Shown here in pieces: positions 38,340-51,100 of a DNA stretch of 64,000 bases. The DNA comes from Rhina ancylostomus (lineage: Eukaryota). The notes beneath the pieces are model-generated. The model saw nothing but the letters and a program-made list of their open reading frames with translations, had not been told where the DNA came from and searched no databases. A program made the position numbers and the translations under genes. Location: the NCBI GenBank assembly GCA_030265395.1, contig JARFYF010000051.1, positions 29,845,038 through 29,909,037 of the forward strand, in the 5' to 3' direction. Numbering within the stretch: the stretch's first letter is position 1; the number at the start of each line of letters is the position of its first letter.

Positions 38340-38880
38340 GAGCCAAATTGTTGTCCGTTCTTCCGTGAATGTGGCCTGCTAGCATGCAGCTGCTGCTGGG
38401 CATAGCAGTCAACATCAAACAGTGTACGGTAGTAATTTAAATCCTTTAAAATGTTTGTATGCAGAACCTTAATGGCACCAGCCTGAGATTCTACTGCAGC
38501 ACACAGGTGTTGAGTGGCTTCCATTTGTCTGCAAAAGAAAATAAAAAAATGACAATCAGCTTCTGCATAATAGCTGAGGCAAAGATGTTGAAATAGAATT
38601 ACCTTTTACATTGGGCTTCAGCTCTTTACAAGGCAGTGTGCATAGTGTGAGCTGGGTTTCTTCATACTCCTGACATTTCATGTGGGCTTTCAGGCAGACA
38701 GCCATTGCCCCTAGCATCTCATTGTACCTGCTCATGAGAGTGCTCAACCCAGTCCTCCAGAGCAGAACTCCTGCAATTGGCACCCCAGTTATTGTTTCCC
38801 TCTGGCCTGGTTGCAGACTGTGTGCAGAGCCAGCCCTCAAGCCACCCCTTCTGACTAAAAAAGATCCTGCCCTCTGATTA
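38340..38880 (-). mobile_element. Possible Harbinger Myb-like gene relic
   Basis: LMSRYNEMLGAMA…EE coiled-coil-like peptide and an acceptor ttttcttttgcag at ~38530. Assigned by resemblance only. Confidence 0.3.
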
Positions 38881-38996
38881 ACAGATTGTGTCCTCCCCTC
38901 ACCACTACCTCATCTTTGACAAGCACGTCAATAATTGTGGGTGTTCTCTCCACCCAGGGCAATAGACAATGGACTTGGCATGTATTGGTTTCCTAT

Positions 38997-39323
38997 CAGG
39001 CAGAAGATACAAAAGCCTAAAAGCATGTACCACCAGGCTCGAGGACAGCTTCTATCCCGCTGCTATAAGACTGTTGAATGGTTCCCTAGTACGATAAAAT
39101 GGACTCTTGACTTCACAATCTACCTCGTTATGACCTTGCACCTTATTGTCTACCTGCACTGCACTTTCTCTGTAGCTGTGACACTTTGCACAACATTCTG
39201 TATTGTTTTACCTTGTACTACCTCAATGCACTGTGTAAGGAATTGATCTGTCTGAACGCTATACAAGAAGTTATTCACTGAACCTCGGTACAAGTGACAA
39301 TAATAAACCAATTTCAATTCCAA
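38997..39323 (+). mobile_element. Rex1/Babar-type LINE 3' end
   Basis: GRRYKSL…RLxDSFYP C-terminus plus tail gtacaagtgacaataataaaccaatttcaattcc. The same UTR occurs at 53310-53550 and 63870-64000. Confidence 0.75.
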
Positions 39324-39859
39324 TACTACTATCCTGAAAAAGAGATAGAAGTGGCAATGGGTGCTTTGCAGTGTGCTTGAGGGTGAAGTAGTTAGCTGTG
39401 GGTTGAAGTAAGAAGCTTGGAGGAGTGTCAGATGTCTGAGTATTTGGTTGGGGTTATGAATGTCAGAAAGGAGTCCTGATGATTGGTAAATGCTGGTAGA
39501 CAAGTAATAGGGGTAATTGCGTGAGGTAATGTGTGAGTCTAGTGGTGCATTTATTGGAAGGTGGGATTTTATGTACTATTGATCTTGACTGACCTGTGGC
39601 ATAATGCCCATATGCACAGAACTTTAGTCCTGATGTTGACTTTATTAAAGTATTCCCTTCACTGCCCTTCACTGCATATCTGGAAGGCTTCCTGGGTTTC
39701 TATGGGTACAGGATCACTTTTTTTCCTCTCAAAACTGTTATCCTGTCTGCTGGAGCAATGTCTGATAATCATGGTGCTCTGCCATGGCTTCTACCAATTA
39801 TGCAAAACCTGTGAACTAACTTGGTTAGTTCTATTGGTTTTCTGCCAAAACTAACTATT

Positions 39860-40330
39860 GGTTCATTATTGTCACACGTACTGAGAGACAATGAAAAAAC
39901 TTAGTTTGGCAAGCCATCCATACAGATCATTTCAAAAACTTAAGTACTTATGTACAAGGGAAAAGCAGTAACAGAATGCAGAATATAGTTTTACGTTTAC
40001 AGTTACAGGGAAGGTGCGGTGCAGGTAAACAATAAGGTGCAGGGGCCATTTCAAGGCAGATTGTGAAGTCAAGAATTCATCTCCAACATACAAGAGGTCT
40101 GTTAAAGTCTTATGACAGTGGGATAGAAGCTATCCTTGAGCCTGATGGTGCATGTTTTCAAGCTTTTATATCTTCTGCCTGATGGAAGGAGGAAGAAGAG
40201 AGAATGTCTGTGGCGGGAGGGGTCTTTTGATTATGCTGGCTGCTTTTCCAAGGCAGCTAGACAGGGCCTGTGGAGGAGAGGCTGGTTTTTGTGATGGACT
40301 GAGCTGTGTCCACAATTTTGCAATTTCTTG
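39860..40330 (-). mobile_element. Rex1/Babar-type LINE 3' end
   Basis: gggatagaagctatccttgagcctgatggtgcatgttttcaagct matches the reverse complement of 39014-39058. Confidence 0.7.
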
Positions 40331-41124
40331 TATCAGTAGTCAGTGGCAATGAATACCTCCCTTTTCAGAGTTATAATGTACTTTCAACCAGCATTAATTA
40401 ATCTCAGCCTACAACTAGCATGAGCTAATCTGGAGGATGAAGTCCTGATAAAGAGCATTAACTATATATGTGTGACCCAAACACGATGAAATAGATGCAG
40501 TCTAATCATGCATTGCAATCCATGCGCACATTTTCCAGTGCTAAACAATTTTCCCCATTATCTATGGACAAGTGATAAAGTGACAAAAAACCTGAACCCC
40601 TTGACTGGTGGTTCATGAAATTAAGTTGATGTTATGTAGTGAAGACCTTATCCAAGTCAGCAAGCACATGGTAGTGGAATGGGAGAACAGTCTGATACCT
40701 GAGCGGCAAACCTTCTCATCTTGGCCACAAATCCACTTAGCGAATTAAGGCTACCTGCAAACTCTAACCTAGGCTTCTAGGTGGCTCTCTTGAGCCTGTT
40801 TCTCCAGACTGATATCAGAGCATGGTATTTGGCAGAAAATCTTGAAACATCCTTTCCACTTGTTTGAGTCAGCAAAGTTATCGAGTATCTAGCAAAGTCT
40901 GCATTGATCCTTGGCCAGTTCTTCCTTAGGGTTGCATTGCAAATGCTCTGTTGGTTCCGTGGATTTTTTTGGAAACATCAGACTGGATTTTTATGAAACA
41001 TCAAACTGAAAAACTATTGCTTTAGTTTGGAGAACATGGGTTATCTTTCATAGCTATTAAAAAGGATATTGAGGACACAAACATGATTGTCAAGTACATT
41101 TGAGTACTATTTTTATAAATTTTC

Positions 41125-41730
41125 AGTTGCTGGGTGGTGCTGGTAAGGCCATCAATTATCGCCCCTCCCTTAATGGCCTCAAGAAAGTGGTGGTGAGCCA
41201 CATTCTGGTGAAAGTACTCTCACAGTGCCGTTGGGATGGGGTGTTCCAGGATTTACATCCATTAACAATGAAGGAACAACAATATAATTGCAAGTCAAAT
41301 GGTTTGCAGTTAGGAGGGGCACCTGTAAGTGAATGTGTTACCATGTTCTGGCTGCCCTTGTCATTCTGTGTGGTCAAGGTCACGAGTTTGGGAAGTGCTG
41401 TCAGGATAGCAGAGTGGAGTCACTGTAGTACATTTTTAAATGATTTGCACTGCAGCCACTGTGCAGTGGTGGAGAGGATAAATACTTAGAGTGATTGACA
41501 GGGTGCACATCAAGCAAGCTGCTTTGTTCTGGATGGTGTTGAACTTCTTGTTAGATTTTGTCTGTGCACTCATCCCAGAAATGGAGAGTATTCTATCACA
41601 GCTCTGCCATGCCTTACAGATGGTGGAAAGGCATTGGGGCATCAGAAAGTGAGTCATTCATCTCAGGATAACCAGTGTTTGACCTGCTCTTGTAGCCATA
41701 GTAAATAGCAGGTCCAGTTGAAGTTGCTTT
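41125..41730 (-). mobile_element. CR1/L2-group LINE 3' fragment
   Basis: KKFNTIQNKAACL…SLHH and KSWNTP peptides. 3' end on the minus strand: ctcaccaccactttcttgaggccattaagggaggggcgataatt. Confidence 0.7.
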
Positions 41731-43574
41731 CAATACCTGTGACCTCTAATCCTTGACTCCTTCATCAAAAGGAACAGCCTGCCACTGTCCACTCTGCCCA
41801 GATCCTGTGCCCTTTTTACTTCCAGTGTTGGTCAACATGAAGGAGCATTTACTCATCAGCCGAGGGACATATAATCAGGAGGAGCTTTCTTTATTCATGT
41901 TTGACCTGACAACATGCAACTTNNNNNNNNNNNNNNNNNNNNNNNNNNNNNNNNNNNNNNNNNNNNNNNNNNNNNNNNNNNNNNNNNNNNNNNNNNNNNN
42001 NNNNNNNNNNNNNNNNNNNNNNNNNNNNNNNNNTAATGGAGTAGTCTGGCACATTGTGTGTGACATATGATTCTGTGAGTACAATCTCTTCAGGCATTTG
42101 TTTTACGAATGTTGTGGGAGCTCAATCTACTCCTAACCCTTCATAATCCGTTGAGACTCAAATTCCTTTATTCTCCGGTTTATTCAAGCATTTGCAAGGA
42201 AGTCACTCAGATACAGAGTTCCATGATGACATAAACATCAAACTCACGTAATGGTTATTTTTCTCTTAGTATAATTTCATTTAATTTGTATGTCCAATTC
42301 AATGGCTACACCTCAGAGACTGACCAATCTATAAACATTCAAGTAATACTTCTAATAAACCTGAAATGAGCCCCCTGTCTCTGGTCAGTATCCTGATCAT
42401 AACAAAACTCTCACCAAACAACAATGCTGCAGTGAGGAGGTGGCAGAGGGAATCTTAGGGGTTGTGGTGACCTAGATTGCCAAGCTGCTGCAGGTGTCCT
42501 CGTCACAAATGTCCTCAATCTGCAAAGAAACCACAGATCCAGTTTTTCAGGATTACTGACAAGACTTGCGTATATGGTTGGCATATTTTGGCAGTCACTG
42601 GGAATTGAATATTCTGATCGTTTTGGCAAGCGATCTTTCATCTCGTGTCACTTACATATGAAATGCTGTGACTAGGACACTTAACATGACTGATGATTCC
42701 CATGGAGATTTTATGATAAAGGTTGTTAATAAGAGTCCACTTTTTCACTTCCCTTTTATTTTAACTTTTCACGTTCAGGTAAAGTCTTGTAAAATGTTTG
42801 ATTCCTGTTGATTTTCCTGTGAATTAATGAACATTAATTGTCTTTAACTTCCTGTTAAGTTCACTTGAAAAAGAAGGAAATAAAATTCAAAGACAACATA
42901 GGAAAACATTTTTCATATATCAGCCAAAAGAAATAAAATTGATGGTGAAATTTGGAACACACTTCCAGGTGGTGTGGTGAGGCAAAAATCAACATTGCAT
43001 CTGAAAACAAAAATACCTGGTGAGAACTGAATTGTCACAGCCTACTCGACAATGTACATACTGTTGGGAAACTGCATTAGCTGAAATTGTCTTCTTTTGT
43101 ATGGCAAGAACAAGATTAAGTAAATTAGCCAATGTCTGTTCTGTGGGTGCCAAGGATTTAATAGTGGACAAAATAAAAAACCAATTACGAAAAATCTTGA
43201 CCATTTAAAAAAACTGTATAAGGAAATCCAATTGAAAGGGAGTATAAAAATAGCTTTAGGTTATTATAGGTTTAACTGTGGTCCTTGTTGTCTTTTGGAC
43301 CAGATCTAATTTAAGAGTATGGGATTGGTGAATTTACTTAACTGATGGTAACTTTGGGACTTTGATGTGAATATGGAAGTTCTGAATTTGTGTTTAGCTT
43401 TTGGNNNNNNNNNNCCAAGGTTTAGCAATTCCCTATTACTTATGGTGAAGAATGTGCTTGAACAATCTGCATTAACTTATGTCTGGGGTAGGACAGAACA
43501 TAGAACGTTACAGCACAGTACAGGCCCTTTGGCCCACGATGTTCGGAGAGTTCAGAATAGGAAGAGGATGAATA

Positions 43575-44085
43575 ATTAATGTGACAGGCAACTGAAAGCT
43601 GAGGATCATTTGCAGACTGAACAGAGCTGTTCTTCAAATCAATCACGCAATTTCCATTTGGGGGTTCTCCAATACAGAAGAGACTGCAGTGGAATCAGTG
43701 ATTGTAATACACTCAATTAGATGACATACAAGTGAAACTTTGCTTCATCTGGAAGGAGTGTTTTGGTCCGTGGATAGTGGGAAGAAAAGAGCTAAACAGG
43801 TTGGTATTGCATTTGCTGCATTTGCATGGGAAGATGCCTTGAAAGGGGATTGGGCATTGGTGGAGGTGAAAAAGTGAACCCTGGAAAGGTTTCTTCAGAA
43901 TGCTGAAAGAGGAGGTGGGGGAAAATGTGTCTGGTGGTGGTATCACATTGAAGGCAGTGGAAATTACGGGGGATGATCCATTGAATGTAGGGGCTGGTGG
44001 GGTGGAAGCTGAGGACAAAGAGAATTCTATCCTTGCTTTGTGTGGGAGAAAAGATGGAACAGTGTGAGAAATGGAACAGATCATT
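43575..44085 (-). mobile_element. Penelope-like RT-tail/GIY-YIG relic
   Basis: ORF 43713-44084 ends GIFPCKCSKCNT…IHGPKHSFQMKQSFTCMSSN, the PLE CxxxxC/FTC motif upstream of GIY-YIG. Confidence 0.75.
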
Positions 44086-47000
44086 GCATTTCCTGGAGAT
44101 TTGAAATAGAAGAGAATGCGTTATGTTAAACGGTAATGTGTTTTCATCATTGGATATCTACTAAAATCATAATTACAGTATGTAACAATACAAAATATGC
44201 TTTGCATTTCTCAAGTATAACAAACATAATAGTAACTTTAACTATGAATGATTACAAAATTCAATTCCATGCAAAACATAATTTCACGTTACCACCATTC
44301 TAGTTAAGCTTGTTTCCATAATTAGATTATTCACCCAGCATGGGGAAATGAAATTATTAAAGTTACAAACTTCAGTTTCTTTGTTACAAGTTTTGCCCTT
44401 AGGTTATCCCTGAACTTGTTAGCATGCACTATTTGCATGCTAACATTTGTCAATCCACACAACAACCATTAACTATTGATTGTCTATGATACCTGCTGAT
44501 AATTACCAAGTTCATAAATAGCTTTGTATTTTTTTTATTTTCTTTGAGATGGGATGAAAGGTTATTAGTGATTCTTTCAGACTTTCATATAACTTAAAAT
44601 GTCATGGTACAAAAATGGAAATGCTTGAGAGAGGTACGCATTTAGAATCAAGGCATTATGGGATTAATGCAGGAAAGTAGCATTAAGTTGGAAGATTAGT
44701 CATACACATTGAATAATAGAGGGGTCTAATAGCTACTCCTGCTTCTATTCCTTACGGTCTCCTGTATTATAGTTACATCATCAGGCCCTGTTCCAAATTA
44801 ATCACAGAATCAGAGATTGTTTGCTCGTAATGAAGTTAGCTTATGCAGCCTTAACACCACTTACCTAGCATATGCAATATTTAGCAAATGGTGGTGCACT
44901 ATTTAGCCAGGTGTTGTGCTTTCAAATCCTACCATTGATAAATTGTGAAATGATGTTTAACTTAATGGTATTTTGAGAGGCATAATAAATTCATGACCGT
45001 GGATAGTGCCAGAATGTTGCAAAGTGGATTCACTAATATCTTCCAGGGCAAAGAATTAAATGTCAGACTGGTGTTCGACTTCTATTTGCATGTGCAATTA
45101 GGCCAACTGCTTATTTCAGGTACAATCCAAGATGCTAATTTTCTGTTTTCATGAATGCTGTATGGTGGGAAGCACATTTTCTGTACAGAATGGAACCCTG
45201 GCTTAAGCACACATCTGTCAATTTCTAAACATTGATTTTGGTGGGCAAATGATTTTAACTGAAAATCAAAAAGCTACGAATGCTGGAAATCTGAAAGAAA
45301 ACTAGAAAATGATAGAAACACTCAACAGGTCAGATAGTATCTGTCATGTTGCCTGGCCTGCTGATTGTTTCAAGCATTTTCTGTTTTAATTCAAGTAATT
45401 TTATCTGATGCATTTACGGAGCCTACATTTAGAGTTTGCTGTATAGATCCTAGAGTTCTGTTGCATCAATGTATCCTTAGAAGGTTTTTATCATGAATTC
45501 TCCCAAGTTTCTAGCAGCACAGGTAAGCTGAAGAAAATGTTGGTCAAAATGCATATGTTTCAACCTGAAACATTAGCTCATTTTCTCTTTCCATAAATAC
45601 TGCCTAACCTACTGAGTGTTTCCAGCAATTTCTGATTTTATTACTGTGTAAGTTGTTACTTCCATTGCCTGCATGATCACAATATCACATAATCACAGAT
45701 GTGTATGGTGGACAAGGAGGCCACTTAGTCCATGGTGTTAAAGTTGGCCAAAAACTGAGCTATTTAGGTTACTCCCACTTGCCATGTTCCATAACTGTGC
45801 AGGTTGTGGCCTTTCAGGTGTCACTAAGTTAATTTTAGATGTGATGAGAGTTTTGACTTCCAAAAGCCCTTCAGGCAGTGGATCCGGAGACACTTAACTT
45901 ACCTACATTTGCAGTAAGTGGGGAATGTACTATCACCAGCTATATATGGGCCCAATCTAGGGACTTAATAAATGATAACGCACCTCAATTCCTTATTGTG
46001 TGATCATCAATATTTACTTGAGTTGAGAGTTTACAATAACTTAATCTAATGGCTGAAACTGCAATCTGATACCCCCTCTGAGTTATAAACTTATTCCCAC
46101 GCATAGCTATTCCTGTGATCAATCTGCCGATGATCTGGTAACTGACCAACTCATTCTTCCTGACTGCAGTGCCTTCGCATTTGCTGGCTATTATCAGCTG
46201 TGTGTCCAGCAAGAGATCAAATGATCTTATCCACAGCCTGCAAACCTTTGTCTGTCAAGTTCCTAGACCTACAGACATTTACACAAGAAGTCTACCTTGT
46301 GGCTGTGTCACATTTTTCTCAGTACATAACCCATATACCTACAATTAATTTGGACAAGTTGCCCTTCATAACTTATATGATGAAGTACATTTGGCAAGAA
46401 AACACACCCAGCACTCCCCACTCATGACTACCACCAACCTTAATTGGTGATGTCAAGTTTGCTACTTTTCTGTGAACTTGTAAGTTTTGTGTACAACCAG
46501 ATTACAGAGATTCACTGAAAGAAGCAGATAGTTAAACTTCAATGAATACCTGCTAGCTCTTTCAACATTTCCTTCATTTCACTGCCCTTTGATTCCTCAG
46601 GGAAAATGGGAAATTAAGCTTTGTCAATTTTTTTATATGTGAGGGCCACAACACCTGCCTTTACAGTGTGGCTGCATGCCTTTTTAATGAAAATGTAGTT
46701 TTCATTCTTACTTCAGGTTTGCCTGTAAGATCTCCCACCCTCCATACTCCTTGGCTGAAAAAAAATACTAAAACCTCCCTAATTCCTCAACCAGTTAACT
46801 TAGATGTCTCTCCTAGTTATTTAGCTCCACCAAAGGAAAAAAAATCCCTTCTCTTAACCCAGTTTCTGTCTCATCATTCTATATACCTCAATTACATCTC
46901 CGTACAGGTTCCTTTGTAGGTTTTGTGGACAGTCAGACTACAGGGATGACAGATGACAGTTCCATAGAATACAACCTGAGTCTACCCAGTGTTTTCTCAT

Positions 47001-47616
47001 AATTATCAATCCCAGACTATGATAACATCCACAAATGGAACCAAAGTAGTTTGGTAATAAGTACAGAAGATACAGATAGCCCTGCCACGAGCCTTTAGTA
47101 ATCATTCCCATGATGCCGACATGAAAACAAAAATTTCAGATTTCTATCAACAACATCTTTTGGATTTTGGTCTAGCTGAATATTCCTGGTGATAAAAGCC
47201 ATCGTAACACAAAAGAGTACAAGCAAAAAAACTGTAGGACATGATATGCCAACTATGAACAAGGCTTTGGCAGATACAAACACGGCATTGCTGCATAATT
47301 CTCAGAACATATCACAATCTTTCACTGCAGTACATTCTAACAAAGATATGTTGGAGAGCCCTGTGGACATTTCTGACCACTGTTCCTCTGAAAACTAAAT
47401 TTTTTATTCTATCATCACTTGTTAGTTGATAAATTGTCACATTACATTGGTCTGGATCAGTGCATGGTGAAGTTTTTTTTCAACTGATGTATTTCACCAT
47501 ACCATATACTTCTGATATTCTAGGACCTGTTCTAGGACCTAGAGCATTTTAGCTCTATAGATACAAGTGACTGAGCCTCTGCAATCCTCAACAGTAAAAA
47601 TAATTCCAATGATACA

Positions 47617-48808
47617 GTTCAGGCAGACATCAAGCTAGCACTTAAGGAACTAGGTGCTGTAATCAACAAGAATGAAGCGGTGTACTCTGACGCCTATCAC
47701 ATTGTGGCGGGAGACTTTAATCAGGCTAGCATGAAGAAGTCTCTGCCCAACTACTATCAACACATCACCTGTAACACAAGAGGACCCAACACACTTGACC
47801 ACTGCTATACCATTATCAAGAACGCCTACCGCTTCATCCTTTGTCCACACTTTGGTAAGTCCGACAACCAGGCTGTGCTTCTTCTGCATGCATGCAGACA
47901 GAGACTGAAGAGCGTGGCACCGGTGAAAAGGGCTACATAGCTGGATGGCAAGAGGCGGAGGAGCGAATTCAGGATTGATTTGTGTCGGTGGGCTGGACCA
48001 TGTTCAAGGATCATCAGTGGACCTAAATGGATATGCCACAATCGTCACCAACTTCATAAGGACATGCATGAATGAGTGTGTACCCACTAAAACATTCCAA
48101 GTCTTCCCCAACCAGAAGCCCTGGGTGAACCTGGAGATTCATAATCTACTGAGGGCTATATCTGTGGTGTTTAGGGCTGGCGATCCAGAGTCACGTAAGA
48201 AGTCCAGGTACAACCTCCAGAAGGCCATTGCAAGCACGAAGAGGCAGGGGCTTGCACAGTATTACTTCCTACAAGGCAAGATCAGTTAGCATAAGTGGCA
48301 ATGACCCATCACTCCCGGATGAGCTCAATGTCTTTTACGCACACTTTGATGGGGAGAACTATGACACACCCACATGAAGTCCCATGTCTATGGATGACCC
48401 TGCAATCTCAGTCTCTGAGGCCAACGTCTGGGCATCCTTCAAGAGAGTGAATCCATGAAAGGTGTCTGGTCCAGACAGCGTACCTGGCTGAGTACTAAAG
48501 ATCTGCACAGATCAACTGGCAAGAGTATTTGTAGACATATTTGACCTCTCGTTTCTGCGTTCTGAGGTTCCCACCTGCTTCAAAAAGGCACCTATTGTAC
48601 TAGTGTTCAAGAGCAGTGTGGTGACCTGCCTCAATGGCTACCATCTGGTAGCGCTTACATCAACCATAATGAAGTGCTTCAAGAGGCTGGTTATGGTGCA
48701 AGTCAATTCCTGCCTCAGAGATGACTTGGATCTGCTCTAATTTGCCTACCACTCAACAAGTCAACAACAGATGCGAGTTCTCTGGCTTTTCACTCTGCTC
48801 TGGATCAT
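47617..48808 (+). mobile_element. Second Rex1/Babar LINE internal fragment
   Basis: VAGDFNQAS…TRGPNTLDHCY…FGKSD and FPNQKPWV; colinear with 27170-28380. Confidence 0.9.
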
Positions 48809-49042
48809 CAAAATGTAAACATTCCTGTTGCAAAACTCATTTCTGTGCTTTTAATTGAACAGAGAATGAACTCACTTGGCATGAGAAAAGAGAGAATGAG
48901 AGAGCCAAGGTCAAGGATGAGAAGGGAAACCTGTTCTCAAAGTACTTTAAACAGGTAAAATCGATGCCAAAGAAATTTAACACCAAGTCTCTTGAAGGAA
49001 CTATCTTCAGAAAATCCAAGATGAGCCTCTTGTCACGCCTAC

Positions 49043-49631
49043 TATCATGGTTCTGAGTTCTGGCCCTCAATTTGGCTCCTCTAATGCCTTGTTGTACAGC
49101 ACGTGGATTCCATGCTGGACTGTTTGCATAATGACACACACCTGAGCCCCATTAGGGGCCTAACACAAGTACCTGGATTTCTCTAGCACTAGTTGCCAGA
49201 GTATTGGTCAACTACATATACTTTGGCTCCTGGCTGCTTAGAGTGCTCTACTCTAGAGCAGTTCTGCGTTCTATATTCCTATTTGAAGGTTCAGTTTGTG
49301 TTGGGATTCCTACTGAGATCTCTGACGCAAGATTCCTTCCAGCTGCTGCTGGTGTTTGGTCCTGAGGAAGTATTCTGACTCCAGTCCTGTACCAGTGTGC
49401 TGCATTTGGGTTCTCTGGGAGCTTGCTCTTGCTTAACATTGTGACAGAATACTCTGGCCAGCATGAACCCAGCAGATAGGAATCCCCTGTATGAAGCCCT
49501 TGCCAGCCAGAGCTCACTTCTGGGCTGGCACGACCAGGAGCTCTGGGGTGTGTGGCAGACTTCCATACCTTTACTGTGACTGTTGGACAGCTCAGTGAAC
49601 AGGTCAGCCGAGTCTCTGCTCTCCTTGCCTC
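49043..49631 (+). mobile_element. Tf1/sushi-type Gypsy 5' end: LTR (49043-49446), self-priming PBS (49448-49458), gag start (ATG 49463)
   Basis: LTR runs t(a/g)tcatg…tgtgaca. Gag begins MNPADRNPLYEALASQSSLLGWHDQEL, like fish chromoviral Gypsy Gag starts (MDPA…QGALLGxHxQ). Confidence 0.8.
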
Positions 49632-50036
49632 TGTCACAATGTCGAGCAAGAGCAAGCTCACAGAGAACCCAAATGCGGCACACTGATACTGGACTGGAGT
49701 CAGGATACTTCCTCAGGATCAAACACCAGCAGTGGCTGGAATGAATCGTCCCTCAGAGATCTGAGTAGGAATCACAACACAAACTGAATCTTGAACAGGG
49801 AGCCAAAGGTTAATCAATACTCTGGCAACTAGTGCTGGAGAAATGCAGGTATTTATGCTAGGCCCCTGATGGGGCTCAGGTGTGTGTCATTATGCAAACA
49901 GTCCAGCATGGAATCCATGTGCTGTACAANNNNNNNNNNNNNNNNNNNNNNNNNNNNNNNNNNNNNNNNNNNNNNNNNNNNNNNNNNNNNNNNNNNNNNN
50001 NNNNNNNNNNNNNNNNNNNNNNNNNNNNNGATGACA
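49632..50036 (-). mobile_element. Second copy of the same Gypsy LTR, inverted, spanning a gap
   Basis: 49632-49929 is the reverse complement of ~49090-49446, with a ~55-nt indel. The terminal atgaca lies at 50031-50036. Confidence 0.85.
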
Positions 50037-50149
50037 ATAAAAATTTCTAAATAGGATTACAGACTGCCATTCTCCAAGTAAATGTTAAATCCATTAGCAA
50101 ACAAAGCCAACCACCACCACTGTGCCTGCTCAACTGCAAAAGAACAGCC

Positions 50150-51100
50150 CATCAGAATAGAGTGATATGAGTAACTCAAAGATGAATCCCAAAGAAAGAT
50201 ATGTGCGAGCAAAAGTAAACTGTCTCAAGAAAAGGCCAATAAGAAATATCAGCATATTTTTCGAAGCCATAGGGCCATTAAGGGTCCAAGCTCTATAGTC
50301 CTACATTCAAACATGGTAACCACTCCTTAAGGGTAAGGGTTACCACTCCTGAAGCCATCAAAGTAAGATGGAAGACACTCCTGAAAAATCATTGATGCCA
50401 ACAGGAATCTTTGAAAGCTGACTGAAGAAGCTACCTGTGACAGATATCAGTTTCAAACCTATCCTTCAACCGTCTGAAAGGTGACTTGCTCTTGACCACG
50501 TCTCCATCCTCAGAAAGTCAAATATACTACATTTTATACTTACCATGACACAAGAGGAGGCCATTCAGGTATTCTCTAGCTCCCTGCAAGTCAATAACAT
50601 TGTCCCAATCCCCCTCGTTCTCTTGTAGCCTGAAACTTCTCTTCTACATTTGTTTCTTCTTTTTGATCCACTTATCCTCTAACCCACAATTTAAAATAGA
50701 AGTTAACCTGCCAGCACATATTTGGGAGGAGACCAGAGGACCTAGAGGAATCCTACATTGTCACAGGGACAACATGTAAACTCCATATAGACAATATCCA
50801 AGGTCAGGGTTGAACTTGGGTGAGACAGCACTAATAACAGCATTAATGAACTCTGTGAGACAGCACAAATAACTGCTACTGTCATTCTATGCTCCTCCAT
50901 GGATGTGAGATCTGGGTGATNNNNNNNNNNATCTACTGACACAACCTCAAGAGTTTGGAGAGGTACCACCAATATTACCTTTGGAAGATACGTGGCATCA
51001 AGTGGGAAGATATCCACATCAAGATCCTCACTTATCCCAAGGTCAATAGCAGCAAGGAAATGATCCTCATGCACCCTGCTGCACAATTCAGTGTGTATGG
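50150..51100 (+). mobile_element. RTE LINE fragments with a nested decayed V-domain SINE (~50530-50850, minus)
   Basis: ERYHQYYLWKIRGIKWED resembles the RTE motif LERYHQRCLRKILxIxWQD. gggaggagaccagaggacctagaggaatcc…acatgtaaactcc is the V-domain reverse complement. Confidence 0.6.

Noticed and set aside
42900-43210. Possible hAT/Charlie transposase fragment (PGEN…LLG…LIVDKIK)
   Set aside because: The resemblance is too weak and frameshifted to call without a search.
45900-46430. CR1 ORF1 zinc-finger relic on the minus strand
   Set aside because: Too degraded to support.
47145-47190. HLLDFGLAEY, resembling a kinase DFG motif
   Set aside because: No HRD or APE motifs or clean splice sites nearby, and a stop follows within a few codons. 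Likely chance.
49043-50036. Foldback/MITE DNA transposon with long TIRs
   Set aside because: Each arm has LTR termini, occurs alone elsewhere (12621, 29972, 56290), and the left arm is followed by a PBS and gag start.
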